A DNA stretch of 64,000 nucleotides. It comes from an uncultured Chloroflexia bacterium. Its GTDB lineage: Bacteria > Chloroflexota > Limnocylindria > Limnocylindrales > CSP1-4. Under the pieces are notes generated by a model. That model was not told the DNA's origin. It made no database searches and saw only the letters and a program-made list of their open reading frames with translations. The stretch is from positions 1,039,032-1,103,031 of the forward strand of contig CAVPYV010000001.1 in the NCBI GenBank assembly GCA_963710105.1, written 5' to 3'. The translations under genes were made by a program, and so were the position numbers. Below are positions 32,761 through 41,604 of the stretch, in pieces; within the stretch, counting starts at the first letter, position 1; each line of letters opens with the position of its first letter.

Positions 32761-33753
32761 ATGAATCGGATGAGACGAGCCGTCGGCCTGGCCGTCGGAG
32801 TCATGATGACGGTTGCCGCATGCGGCGGCACAGGGACCGCGTCACCCACGGCGTCGACGGGCGGGACGGCCCCGAGCGCGCCCGCGGCGACCGAGAGTGC
32901 GGCCGCCACGACGATCAAGCTGGGCCTGATCACGAAGTTCCCGGTCGACTTCTATGACGTGATGGTCGACGCGGTGAAGACCTGGGCGAAGGACCATCCC
33001 GAGATCGAGATGATCTACGCCCAGGGCAAGAGCGGGACCGACGACGAGGGCGAGATCGCGGCCATCGAGTCGATGATGTCCCAGGGGGTGAAGGGCATCG
33101 CGATCACCCCGACGAGCCCGAACCTCCAGACGGAGCTCCAGAAGGCCGTCGACGCCGGCATCAAGGTCGTCCTGATCGACAACGACATTCCCGCCTGGAC
33201 GGGCAAGTCGTCCGTCGTCGCGACCGACAACCTGGCCGGCGGCAAGTTGGCGGGCACCTGGCTGGCGAGCCATCTCCCGGCCGGCGCCAAGATCGGCGTC
33301 CTCCAGGGCGTGCTCGGCAACCCGTCGCTCGATGCCCGGGTCGACGGCATGCTCGCCACGCTCGGCACGGCGGGCACGGTCGTCGCCCAGGCGCCCACCG
33401 ACTGCGACCAGACGAAGGGCCTGAACGCGGCCCAGGACATCCTGACCGCCCATCCCGACATCCAGGCGATCTACGGCGCCTGCGGCCCGCCGATCCTCGG
33501 CGCGCTCGAGGCGATCAAGAACGCGGGGATCGCCGCCGGGACGATCACCGTGGTCGGCTTCGACGCCTCCGGCGGCGAGGTCGACGCGATCATCGCGGGC
33601 ACGCAGGCGGGGTCGGTCGCGCAGTTCCCCTCGAAGATGGGCTCGCTCGGGGTCTCCACCCTGCTCGATGCCGTCAACGGCAAGACCGTGGCCCCGACCG
33701 TGGACACCGGCACCGAGATGGTGACCAAGGACAACGCGGCGAGCTTCAAGTAG
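32761..33753 (+). CDS. Periplasmic-binding-protein (RbsB/LacI-fold) sugar-binding lipoprotein
   Basis: 330-aa ORF with SD GAGGGA upstream, a lipobox (MTVAACGG), and then a type-I PBP sequence (KLGLITKFPVDFYD..., VVLIDNDIP, IAQAIYGACGP). Confidence 0.85.
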   Translation: MNRMRRAVGLAVGVMMTVAACGGTGTASPTASTGGTAPSAPAATESAAATTIKLGLITKFPVDFYDVMVDAVKTWAKDHPEIEMIYAQGKSGTDDEGEIAAIESMMSQGVKGIAITPTSPNLQTELQKAVDAGIKVVLIDNDIPAWTGKSSVVATDNLAGGKLAGTWLASHLPAGAKIGVLQGVLGNPSLDARVDGMLATLGTAGTVVAQAPTDCDQTKGLNAAQDILTAHPDIQAIYGACGPPILGALEAIKNAGIAAGTITVVGFDASGGEVDAIIAGTQAGSVAQFPSKMGSLGVSTLLDAVNGKTVAPTVDTGTEMVTKDNAASFK

Positions 33754-33779
33754 CCGTCGCGTCGGCGCTCCTCTCGCGA

Positions 33780-33812
33780 CGCCCGCCCCGCTCCTCCTCC
33801 GCGGGGCGGGCG
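33780..33812 (+). terminator. Strong GC stem-loop after the binding-protein gene (12-bp perfect stem, 9-nt loop)
   Basis: cgcccgccccgc (33780-33791) is the exact reverse complement of gcggggcgggcg (33801-33812). The hairpin starts 26 nt after the TAG stop. No U-tract. Confidence 0.5.
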
Positions 33813-33850
33813 CCGCGAAACCCGTCACTCGATCCCTGGGAGTCACAAGC

Positions 33851-35218
33851 GTGCCGATCACCATCACCGCGGTCGAGGTCTCGGACGTTCGCTTTCCGAC
33901 CTCGGCGACCCTCGACGGCTCGGACGCGATGACCGTCGCTCCCGACTACTCGGCTGCCTACGTGATCCTCCGGACCGACCATCCCGACGGTCTGGCGGGC
34001 CACGGCCTGACCTTCACGAGCGGTCGCGGGAACGAGCTCTGCGCCGCGGCCATCACGTCGCTCGCGCCGCTCGTCCTCGGGCGGACGCTCGAGTCGATCA
34101 CCGCCGATCTCGGCGCCTTCTGGTCGCTGATCGTCGGCGACAGCCAGCTCCGCTGGGTCGGGCCTGAGAAGGGCGTCATCCACCTCGCGACGGCCGCGAT
34201 CGTGAACGCCGTCTGGGATCTCCATGCCAAGAACGAGGGCAAGCCCCTCTGGAAGCTCCTCGTCGACATGACGCCGGAGGAGCTCGTCCGGTGCATCCCG
34301 TTCCGCTACATCGAGGACGCGTTGACGCCGGTCGAGGCCCTGGCGATCCTCCGTGCCAGCGAACCCGGCAAGGCTGCCCGCGAAGCCGAGATGCGATCCG
34401 GCGGCTATCCGGCGTACACGACCTCGACGGGCTGGCTGGGCTACTCCGACGAGAAGGTCCGGCGGCTCTGCCGCGAGGGCGTGGCGGCCGGCTGGACCCA
34501 TTTCAAGGTCAAGGTCGGGCGAGATCCGGACGAGGACGTCCGGCGCGTCGCCCTCGTCCGCGAGGAGATCGGGCCCGAGCGGATCCTCATGGTCGACGCC
34601 AACCAGGTCTGGGGCGTCGACGAGGCGATCGCCTGGATGCGCCGGCTGGCCCCCTACCGGCCGTGGTGGATCGAGGAGCCGACGAGCCCCGACGACATCC
34701 TCGGCCACGCCCGGATCGCCCGAGCCCTCGAACCGCTCGGGATCGGCGTCGCGACGGGTGAGCACTGCCACAACCGGGTCATGTTCAAGCAGTTCCTCCA
34801 GGCCGGCGCGATCTCCTTCTGCCAGATCGACAGCTGCCGCCTGGGCGGGGTGAACGAGGTCCTGGCGGTCCTGCTGATGGCGGCCAAGTTCGGCGTCCCG
34901 GTCTGCCCCCATGCCGGCGGTGTCGGGCTCTGCGAGCACGTCCAGCATCTCGCCCTCTTCGACTACATCGCGGTCAGCGCCTCGCTCGAGCGGCGCGTCG
35001 TCGAGTACGTCGACCATCTCCACGAGCACTTCGTCGACCCGGTCGTCGTCCGCGACGGCCGCTACGTTCCCCCGACGCGGCCCGGCTACTCGACCGAGAT
35101 GCGATCGGAGTCGATCGCCCAGTTCGCCTACCCGAACGGGCCGGCATGGCTCGGCGCGGAGCCGGCCGACGTCGCGGCCCGCGTGGCGACCGCCCCACCC
35201 ATCGTCGCGGAGGTCTGA
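33851..35218 (+). CDS. L-fuconate dehydratase (enolase superfamily, mandelate racemase subgroup)
   Basis: 455-aa ORF with a GTG start after GGGAG. It aligns by eye end to end with the FucD pattern: DVRFPTS...DGSDAMTVAPDYSAAYV, HFKVKVG, MVDANQVW, WIEEPTSPDD, GEHCHNRVMFKQ, CQIDSCRLGGVNE, VCPHAGGVGLCE. Confidence 0.85.
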   Translation: MPITITAVEVSDVRFPTSATLDGSDAMTVAPDYSAAYVILRTDHPDGLAGHGLTFTSGRGNELCAAAITSLAPLVLGRTLESITADLGAFWSLIVGDSQLRWVGPEKGVIHLATAAIVNAVWDLHAKNEGKPLWKLLVDMTPEELVRCIPFRYIEDALTPVEALAILRASEPGKAAREAEMRSGGYPAYTTSTGWLGYSDEKVRRLCREGVAAGWTHFKVKVGRDPDEDVRRVALVREEIGPERILMVDANQVWGVDEAIAWMRRLAPYRPWWIEEPTSPDDILGHARIARALEPLGIGVATGEHCHNRVMFKQFLQAGAISFCQIDSCRLGGVNEVLAVLLMAAKFGVPVCPHAGGVGLCEHVQHLALFDYIAVSASLERRVVEYVDHLHEHFVDPVVVRDGRYVPPTRPGYSTEMRSESIAQFAYPNGPAWLGAEPADVAARVATAPPIVAEV

Positions 35219-35219
35219 G

Positions 35220-36020
35220 ATGCGCCTGGCCGGCAAGACCTGCCTGATCACCGGTGCCGGCTCGGGGATCGGCCGGGCGTCCGCGCTGCTGTTCGCGGCG
35301 GAGGGCGCCCGGATCGCGGCCGCCGACGTCGACCTCGCCTCCGCGCTCGAGACGGTCCGGCTCATCGAGGAAGCCGGCGCCCCCGGCGCCGCGGCCGACG
35401 GGGACCACCTGGACCGCGCCCGGGCGTTCGCCGTCGACGTGACGGATCCCGACGGGTGCGAGGCACTGGCCGCTGCCGTCGTGGCGGCCTGGGGCCGGAT
35501 CGACGTCCTGTTCAACAACGCCGGGATCGCCGGGATCGGAGCGGTCCACGAGACCTCGGTCGAGCTCTGGGACCGGGTCATGGCGGTCAATGTTCGAGGC
35601 GTGTTCCTCGTCGCCCGGGCGGTCCTGCCGCACATGATGGCGGCCGGGTCCGGCTCGATCGTCAACATGTCGTCGACGATCGCGGAGATCGGGCTGGCGA
35701 ACCGGGCGTCGTACGCCGCCTCGAAGGGCGCCGTCCTGTCGCTGACCCGCCAGATGCAGGCCGACTACGCCGGGCACGGCATCCGGGTCAACGCACTCCT
35801 GCCCGGAACGATCCACACTCCGTTCGTGGACCGCTACCTCCGCGACAGCTACGCCGACCCCGTGGCAGGCCTGGCGACCCTGAAGAAGCGCCAGCTGACC
35901 GGCGACCTCGGCCGCCCGGAGGACGTCGCCGCCGCCGCGCTCTACCTGGCGTCCGATGAGTCGGGCTTCGTCCTGGGCTCGGCGATGTACGTCGACGGCG
36001 GCGTCCGGGGCGCCAAGTGA
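35220..36020 (+). CDS. Short-chain dehydrogenase/reductase (2-keto-3-deoxy-L-fuconate dehydrogenase-like by context)
   Basis: Motifs: TGAGSGIGRA, NNAG, YAASKGAV (the YxxxK motif), PGTIHTP. Confidence 0.8.
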   Translation: MRLAGKTCLITGAGSGIGRASALLFAAEGARIAAADVDLASALETVRLIEEAGAPGAAADGDHLDRARAFAVDVTDPDGCEALAAAVVAAWGRIDVLFNNAGIAGIGAVHETSVELWDRVMAVNVRGVFLVARAVLPHMMAAGSGSIVNMSSTIAEIGLANRASYAASKGAVLSLTRQMQADYAGHGIRVNALLPGTIHTPFVDRYLRDSYADPVAGLATLKKRQLTGDLGRPEDVAAAALYLASDESGFVLGSAMYVDGGVRGAK

Positions 36021-36039
36021 TGCCGCGCGAGGCCGGACG

Positions 36040-36927
36040 ATGCGACTGATCCAGCGGGCCGACCCCGGGCGCGGCCTGCGGCTCGCGGTCGTCGAGGACG
36101 GGGGGACGATCGACGTCGCCGACCTCGGCCCGGACCTGCCGACCACGATGGCCGACCTGATCGCGGGTGAGGGTCGAGCCGTGGCCGTGATCCGATCCGC
36201 GGTCGAGGCGCTCGGCGCGGCGGGCCGGGATGGCGTCGTCCGCCACGCGCTTCCCGACGGCGAACGCCCGGCGCCGGTCGCCCGGCCGGGCAAGGTGGTC
36301 GCGGTTGGCCGGAACTACGCGGAGCACGCCGCCGAGGAGGGCGTCGCCGCGCCGGCCGATCCGGTCCTGTTCACGAAGCACACCTCGGCGATCGTCGGGC
36401 CCGGCGCCGAGATCCGCTGGCGCTCGCGCGACACCGGACAGGTCGATTTCGAGGCCGAGCTCGCGGTCGTGATCGGGCGACGCGCGCGTGACGTCGCACG
36501 GGCGGATGCCCTCGCCTATGTCCTCGGGTACACCTGCCTGAACGACGTGTCGGCCCGCGACCTCCAGTTCGCCGACGGGCAGTGGGTCCGGGGCAAGAGC
36601 CTCGACACGTTCTGCCCGATCGGGCCGTGGCTGGTCACCGCCGACGAGATCCCGGACCCGCAGGCGCTCGGGATCCGCTGCCTCGTCAACGGCGAGCTCC
36701 TCCAGGACGCGAGCACGGCCGCGATGATCCACGGCGTGGCCGACCTGATCGCCTACATCTCGCGGTTCTTCACCCTCGAGCCGGGCGACGTGATCGCGAC
36801 CGGGACACCGGGCGGCGTCGGCGTGTTCCGGGAGCCGCCGCGGTTCCTCGGCGACGGCGACGAGATCGTGGTCGAGATCGACGGGATCGGCCGGCTCGAG
36901 AACCGCTGCCGCGTCGAGCCGGGCTGA
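36040..36927 (+). CDS. Fumarylacetoacetate hydrolase (FAH) family protein (2,4-diketo-3-deoxy-L-fuconate hydrolase-like by context)
   Basis: Motifs: KVVAVGRNYAEHAAE, DFEAELAVVIG, NDVSARDLQ, GKSLDTFCPIGPW, PGDVIATGTPGGVG. Confidence 0.85.
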   Translation: MRLIQRADPGRGLRLAVVEDGGTIDVADLGPDLPTTMADLIAGEGRAVAVIRSAVEALGAAGRDGVVRHALPDGERPAPVARPGKVVAVGRNYAEHAAEEGVAAPADPVLFTKHTSAIVGPGAEIRWRSRDTGQVDFEAELAVVIGRRARDVARADALAYVLGYTCLNDVSARDLQFADGQWVRGKSLDTFCPIGPWLVTADEIPDPQALGIRCLVNGELLQDASTAAMIHGVADLIAYISRFFTLEPGDVIATGTPGGVGVFREPPRFLGDGDEIVVEIDGIGRLENRCRVEPG

Positions 36928-36930
36928 AGC

Positions 36931-38223
36931 GTGCCTCCCGCCAGCGGCGATCGGCGCACCGTTCGCCTCGCCTACGGCGAGCGCGGCCTGGACGTCCGGC
37001 TGCCGGCGGAGCGCACGAACGTCATCACGCCGCGTCATCAGCCCGCCGCGCCGGACCCCGCGGCAAGCCTGCGGAGCGCGCTCGAGCGGCCGGTCGCGGG
37101 CCCCCCGCTGCGGAGCCTCGCCCGGCCGGGCCAGCGCGTCGCGATCTCGGTCTGCGACATCACGCGCCCCCAGCCGCGGGCGGCGATGGTGGAGGCGATC
37201 CTCGAGACCCTCGACGGGGTCATCGCGCCGCGAGACGTCGTCGTCCTGATCGCGACCGGCACCCACCGCGGGAACACGCCGGCCGAGCTCCGGGCGATGC
37301 TCGGCGACGTGGTCGTCGACGGCTGCGAGGTCGTCAACCACGACGCGCGGGACCGAGCCTCGCTCGCCGACCTCGGCGTCGTCGGCGACGTGCCGGTCCT
37401 CCTCAACCGGCGCTGGGTGGACGCGGACCTGCGGATCACGACGGGGTTCGTCGAGCCGCACTTCTTCGCCGGGTTCAGCGGCGGCCCGAAGATGGTCGCG
37501 CCCGGCCTCGCCGGCATCGACACGACGCTCGAGCTCCACAACGCCCGGCGGATCGGCGATCCGCGGGCGACGTGGGGCGTCATCGAGGGCAACCCCGTCC
37601 ACGACGCCGTGCGGGCGATCGCCGCCGCGACCGGCGTGGACTTCGCCCTCGACGTCCTCCTGAACGACCGCCAGGAGATCACCGGGGCGTTCGGCGGGGA
37701 GATCCTCGCGATGCACGCCGCGGCTCGCGAGGCCGCCCGGGTCGAGGCGATGCAGCCCGTGGATCGGCGCTTCGGCCTGGTGATCACGACGAACAGCGGC
37801 TACCCGCTCGACCAGAACCTGTACCAGGCCGTCAAGGGGATGTCCGCCGGGGCGATCGTCGTCAAGCCGGGCGGCACGATCGTCTGCGCGGCCGAGTGCC
37901 GCGACGGGCTGCCGGACCACGGGTCCTATGCCGAGCTCCTCGCCGCGCGCTCGACTCCGGCGGAGCTCCTCGCGATGATCGCCGCGTCGCCGGTGACGAT
38001 CCCGGACCAGTGGCAGGTCCAGGTCCAGGCCCGGATCCAGATGGGCGCCCGCGTGCTGGTCAGGACGGACGGCCTCCCCGATGCGGCCGTGCGGGCCGCC
38101 CACCTCGAGCCGGTCCCCGACATCGAGGACGTCGTGGAGCGCATGCTCGCCGACGATCCCGACCTCGAGATCTGCGTCCTGCCCGAGGGACCGCAGACGA
38201 TCCCCTACGTGACGGCGGCCTAG
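36931..38223 (+). CDS. LarA-like nickel-pincer-cofactor-dependent 2-hydroxyacid racemase/epimerase homologue (DUF2088 family)
   Basis: 430-aa ORF. As I recall them, the LarA family motifs are present: VLIATGTHRGNT, GFVEPHFFAGFSGGPKMVAPG (catalytic His plus cofactor-tethering Lys context) and EGNPVHD. It is the last gene of the operon, starting 4 nt after the FAH stop. Confidence 0.7.
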   Translation: MPPASGDRRTVRLAYGERGLDVRLPAERTNVITPRHQPAAPDPAASLRSALERPVAGPPLRSLARPGQRVAISVCDITRPQPRAAMVEAILETLDGVIAPRDVVVLIATGTHRGNTPAELRAMLGDVVVDGCEVVNHDARDRASLADLGVVGDVPVLLNRRWVDADLRITTGFVEPHFFAGFSGGPKMVAPGLAGIDTTLELHNARRIGDPRATWGVIEGNPVHDAVRAIAAATGVDFALDVLLNDRQEITGAFGGEILAMHAAAREAARVEAMQPVDRRFGLVITTNSGYPLDQNLYQAVKGMSAGAIVVKPGGTIVCAAECRDGLPDHGSYAELLAARSTPAELLAMIAASPVTIPDQWQVQVQARIQMGARVLVRTDGLPDAAVRAAHLEPVPDIEDVVERMLADDPDLEICVLPEGPQTIPYVTAA

Positions 38224-39170
38224 CGAGGGCGGCGGCTCAGCGTCGCACCGACGCGCTCGATCCAACGCTCTCGCTCGGCCTCCCGGCCGCCCGCCGCGGC
38301 TGCGGCTGCGCGTTCGAGCAGCTGGAGGAGGGCGAGATCCGCCAGGTGGCCTCGGGCGGCGGGGGAATCGTCGGATCCGGCGGCGGCAAGGAAGGTCGGG
38401 CCGACCCGATCCCAGGCGGTCGGATGGTGGTAGGCGACGACCCACGCCCACCACGCGACGTCGACGGGCAGGGCGGATCGGCGGACGTGCTCGAAATCGA
38501 CGAGGACGAGCCGCCCGTCCGGCCGGAGCAGCATGTTGATCGGGGCAAAGTCGCCGTGACGGAGACGTGGTCCGCGCGGACTCGCCGAGAGCGTGGGCTC
38601 GCGATCCGCCGTCGTGCGCTCGATGGCGTTGCGCAGCTCCGTCGTCCCGGCGTGACCGAGGTCGTCGGCCGTCCTCGCCAACCAGCCGTTCGCCGCCTCC
38701 CGGAGCGAGCCGGGATCGTCCCATGGGCCCGCGAGATCGAGATCGCCCACATCGGCGGCGGCGAGGACCCGGCTGAGGTCTCCCATGGCGCGCGCGAGCT
38801 CGCCGGGCCGGTCGGACTCGAGCAGGGCCGCGGCCGTCGCACCGGGAATCCACGGGGTGATCACCCACGCGATCCCGGCGTCGGCAACGACCCGGGCGAG
38901 TTTCGGCACCGCGATCCCGGCGGCCGCCAGCCGCTCGATGACCACGGCAATGCGGGCTGCCCGGCGTTCCGCATCCGGCGGGGCGACGCGCTGCGCCGCC
39001 AGCGTCCGGCCGTCGGCGAGGTCGAGCCGCCAGGTCGAGCGGCGATCGCCCCAGGGAACGGCAGCGGCGGCCAGGACCGCGGCGTCGAGATCGCGGCCGA
39101 GGCGCAGGACGTCGGCAACATCGGCGTCGGCTGGCGCCGCCTCGGGACGCGGAACGAGGGATTCCGGCAC
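38220..39170 (-). CDS. Phosphotransferase (APH / choline-kinase-like kinase fold) family protein
   Basis: It has the Brenner motif HGDFAPINMLL and VLVDFEH. The start is set to the GTG at 39170, because the track ORF start at 39329 would overlap the upstream gene and the codons between have poor GC3. GC3 of this gene looks lower than that of its neighbours. Confidence 0.65.
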   Translation of the reverse strand: MPESLVPRPEAAPADADVADVLRLGRDLDAAVLAAAAVPWGDRRSTWRLDLADGRTLAAQRVAPPDAERRAARIAVVIERLAAAGIAVPKLARVVADAGIAWVITPWIPGATAAALLESDRPGELARAMGDLSRVLAAADVGDLDLAGPWDDPGSLREAANGWLARTADDLGHAGTTELRNAIERTTADREPTLSASPRGPRLRHGDFAPINMLLRPDGRLVLVDFEHVRRSALPVDVAWWAWVVAYHHPTAWDRVGPTFLAAAGSDDSPAARGHLADLALLQLLERAAAAAAGGREAERERWIERVGATLSRRPR

Positions 39171-39205
39171 AGGCGGATCGTAGCGGCGTTGAAGCAGCCC
39201 GGCGG

Positions 39206-39508
39206 TCAGGAGCCGATCGACAGCTCCATCGAGACCGTGTCGCCCGCGGCGAGCCGCTCGACCCGGCGGATGGCGTCCCTGATCGGGACGACGTACGCCC
39301 CGTCCTTGGGGAACATCGCGGTCCTCCACGTGGTGGACCCGATCGTGACCTCCACCGGAATCATTCCCCAGCCGTAGCTCACGAGCGGAGCGAGGGCCCG
39401 GATCGCCGCCGTGGCCGACCGCGGCGCTGTGACGAAATGGAACGGCGACGGACCGCGCCAGTACCAGAGCTCGCCCTCGAACGAGAGCTCGAGGGCATCA
39501 CCGGCCAT
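39206..39508 (-). CDS. DUF1905-family small protein
   Basis: 100 aa. The sequence ELWYWRGPSPFHFVTAP...GWGMIPVEVTIGSTTWRTAMFPKDGAYVVPI matches the pattern I remember for DUF1905. Confidence 0.6.
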   Translation of the reverse strand: MAGDALELSFEGELWYWRGPSPFHFVTAPRSATAAIRALAPLVSYGWGMIPVEVTIGSTTWRTAMFPKDGAYVVPIRDAIRRVERLAAGDTVSMELSIGS

Positions 39509-41009
39509 CGGCGTCGCGCTTCTCGGTCTCGGCCAGCTTCTTCCGGCTCGTCTCGCGCGTCCGCATCAGGTCGCTCTTGCGGACCTCCGGCGTCGGGTTC
39601 GGGTTGCGCGGAGTTCGGCCCGCCGTGCGGGCCGCCGCGCGGGCCTCGGCCCGCGCCGCCTGGCGACCGGCGATCGTCGCCTCGTAGCCCTGATCGGTCG
39701 GGAGGTAGTAGCGCCGGTCGGCGAGCTCGTCGGGCAGGTATTGCTGGTCGACGTCGGCGCCCTCGAACTCCTGCGGATAGCGGTAGCCGACGCCGATCCC
39801 GTGGTGCTTCATCCGACGATCGCCGGCGCTCCGCAGGTGGAGCGGCACCGGCAGCGAGCCGACCGCCTCGACGTCGCCCGCGGCCGCCCAGTAGGCGAGC
39901 CCGGACCGGTTCGACTTCGGCGCGGTCGCGATGTAGGTCGTGGCTTGGGCGAGCGCGTACTGCGCCTCCGGCAGGCCGACGTGGTCGAGCGCCTGGGCGG
40001 CCGCGACGGCGACCTGGAGCGCCCGCGGGTCGGCGTTGCCGACGTCCTCCGAGGCGCTGATGATCAGGCGGCGGACGATGAACCGCGGGTCCTCGCCGGC
40101 GGCGATCATCGCGGCGAGCCAGTAGAGCGCGGCGTCCGGGTCGTTGCCGCGGAGGCTCTTGATGAACGCCGAGACCGTGTCGTAGTGGCCGTCCCCGGCC
40201 CGGTCGTAGGCGAGCACCCGCTGCTGCGCGGCCGACTCGACGTCCTCCAGCCGCGGCGAGACGCGACCCTCCGCGTCGCGGACGCCCTCCGATGCGGCGA
40301 GCGCGACCGCGCCCTCCAGGACGTTCATCGCGGATCGGGCGTCGCCGCCGGCGAGCGAAACGAGGTGCTCGAAAGCGGCGTCATCCAGCGCGGCGCCGCC
40401 ATCCGGGCCGAGGGCGCCGGCGAGTCCGCGGCCCTCGTCGGCCAGGGCCCGCCGGACCACCGTCGCGACGTCGTCGTCGGCCAGGGCCTCGAGCCGCCAG
40501 ACCCGCATCCGCGACAGGAGCGCCGAGTTGACCTCGAAGTACGGGTTCTCGGTCGTCGTGCCCGTCAGGGTGATCGTGCCGTCCTCGACGTAGGGGAGGA
40601 GGGCGTCCTGCTGGGCCTTGTTGAAGCGGTGGATCTCGTCGATGAAGAGGACGGTCCGCCGGCCGCTCAGCGCCAGCCCTTCCTGGGCCCGGGCGATGGC
40701 GGCCCTGACCTCGGCCACGCCGGACGAGACCGCGGACAGGGCGATCATGTCGGCCCCGATCGCGTCGGCGAGGAGGCGGGCGAGGGTCGTCTTGCCGGTC
40801 CCGGGCGGGCCCCACAGGATCAGCGAGGCGAGGTGGCCGCGCTCGAGCGCCCGGCGGAGCGGCCCGCGCTCGCCGACGAGGTGTTCCTGGCCGACGAACT
40901 CGTCCAGGCTGCGCGGCCGCATCCGGGCCGCCAGCGGCTGGGCGCCGGGCGGCGGCTGGAACAGCGGCTCGGGCTTGGCGCCTCCGGCCTTCGTCCGTAC
41001 GGTCGGCAT
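39498..41009 (-). CDS. rarA: Replication-associated recombination protein A (RarA/MgsA AAA+ ATPase) with a basic C-terminal extension
   Basis: Motifs: LAARMRPRSLDEFVGQEHL, Walker A GPPGTGKTT, Walker B LFIDEIHRFNKAQQDALLP, TENPYFEVNSALLSR. Confidence 0.9.
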   Translation of the reverse strand: MPTVRTKAGGAKPEPLFQPPPGAQPLAARMRPRSLDEFVGQEHLVGERGPLRRALERGHLASLILWGPPGTGKTTLARLLADAIGADMIALSAVSSGVAEVRAAIARAQEGLALSGRRTVLFIDEIHRFNKAQQDALLPYVEDGTITLTGTTTENPYFEVNSALLSRMRVWRLEALADDDVATVVRRALADEGRGLAGALGPDGGAALDDAAFEHLVSLAGGDARSAMNVLEGAVALAASEGVRDAEGRVSPRLEDVESAAQQRVLAYDRAGDGHYDTVSAFIKSLRGNDPDAALYWLAAMIAAGEDPRFIVRRLIISASEDVGNADPRALQVAVAAAQALDHVGLPEAQYALAQATTYIATAPKSNRSGLAYWAAAGDVEAVGSLPVPLHLRSAGDRRMKHHGIGVGYRYPQEFEGADVDQQYLPDELADRRYYLPTDQGYEATIAGRQAARAEARAAARTAGRTPRNPNPTPEVRKSDLMRTRETSRKKLAETEKRDADGR

Positions 41010-41053
41010 TGCCGCCAGTCTACGGACGTTCTGGTCGAGTCAGGCGGGCGCGA

Positions 41054-41443
41054 TCACAGGGTGAAGAGGTGCATCCCGTTCACGAGGACCTCGAGGACGG
41101 CGAGGATCGCGATCAGGAAGCCGCCGACGATCGTGATCCGGCGGATGTCGCGCTTCACGTAGCCGTACTCGTCGGCCGCCCGGACCGACAGCGGAACCGA
41201 GGTATAGCTGACCCCGCCGACGGCGTCGACGGTCGGGCGGCGCGCCCGGTCGCGGACCTGGCGCGACGCCTCGGCGGCCTTCTCCTCGGCGACGATCGCG
41301 GCCTCGAGCTGGGCGGCGCGCGCCTCCTCCTCGCGGGTCAGGCTGCCGGCCGGGCGCGTCGTGCCGTCGGCCGGGCGCGGCGCCGGGCGCTGGAGGGGTC
41401 GGCGCTGCCCGGGTCGGGCGGCGAGGCGGGAGCGCTTGGCCAT
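41054..41443 (-). CDS. Small tail-anchored membrane protein (hypothetical)
   Basis: 129 aa with very high GC3. It has a basic N-terminus, a coiled/charged middle and a C-terminal TM helix (ITIVGGFLIAILAVLEVLV). TGCTATCCT (minus strand, 41491-41483) lies upstream. Confidence 0.55.
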   Translation of the reverse strand: MAKRSRLAARPGQRRPLQRPAPRPADGTTRPAGSLTREEEARAAQLEAAIVAEEKAAEASRQVRDRARRPTVDAVGGVSYTSVPLSVRAADEYGYVKRDIRRITIVGGFLIAILAVLEVLVNGMHLFTL

Positions 41444-41545
41444 CGGTCGGTGGGTACTCCGGACGGTCGAGGGGTCGGCCGGAGGATAGCATCGGCCGCC
41501 CGGCGCGGCGAGGAACGGCGAGTGATCCGAGCGAGCAGGACCACC

Positions 41546-41554
41546 TGCTAGACT
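41546..41554 (+). promoter_or_regulatory. Extended -10 TGcTAGACT upstream of the DUF4446 gene
   Basis: It is identical to the 9-mer at 12419-12427 and is followed by GGAGGA at 41592-41597. Confidence 0.35.
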
Positions 41555-41604
41555 CGGGCCGCCCGCCGTCCCGCCCTGCCGGCGCCGCCTCGGAGGACCC
41601 CGCG

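Noticed and set aside
36925-36933. FAH-family and LarA-like genes in the same frame, separated by TGA plus one codon, as a possible read-through fusion
   Set aside because: A GTG start is available right after the stop. Being in the same frame has a one-in-three chance expectation. Unlike the GH38 case, no conserved sequence is stranded upstream of the start.
38220-39170. APH-family phosphotransferase as an aminoglycoside-resistance determinant
   Set aside because: Only the generic kinase-fold motifs (HGDxxxxN, DFE) are visible. The family is large and mostly not resistance-related, so no specificity can be inferred from the sequence alone.
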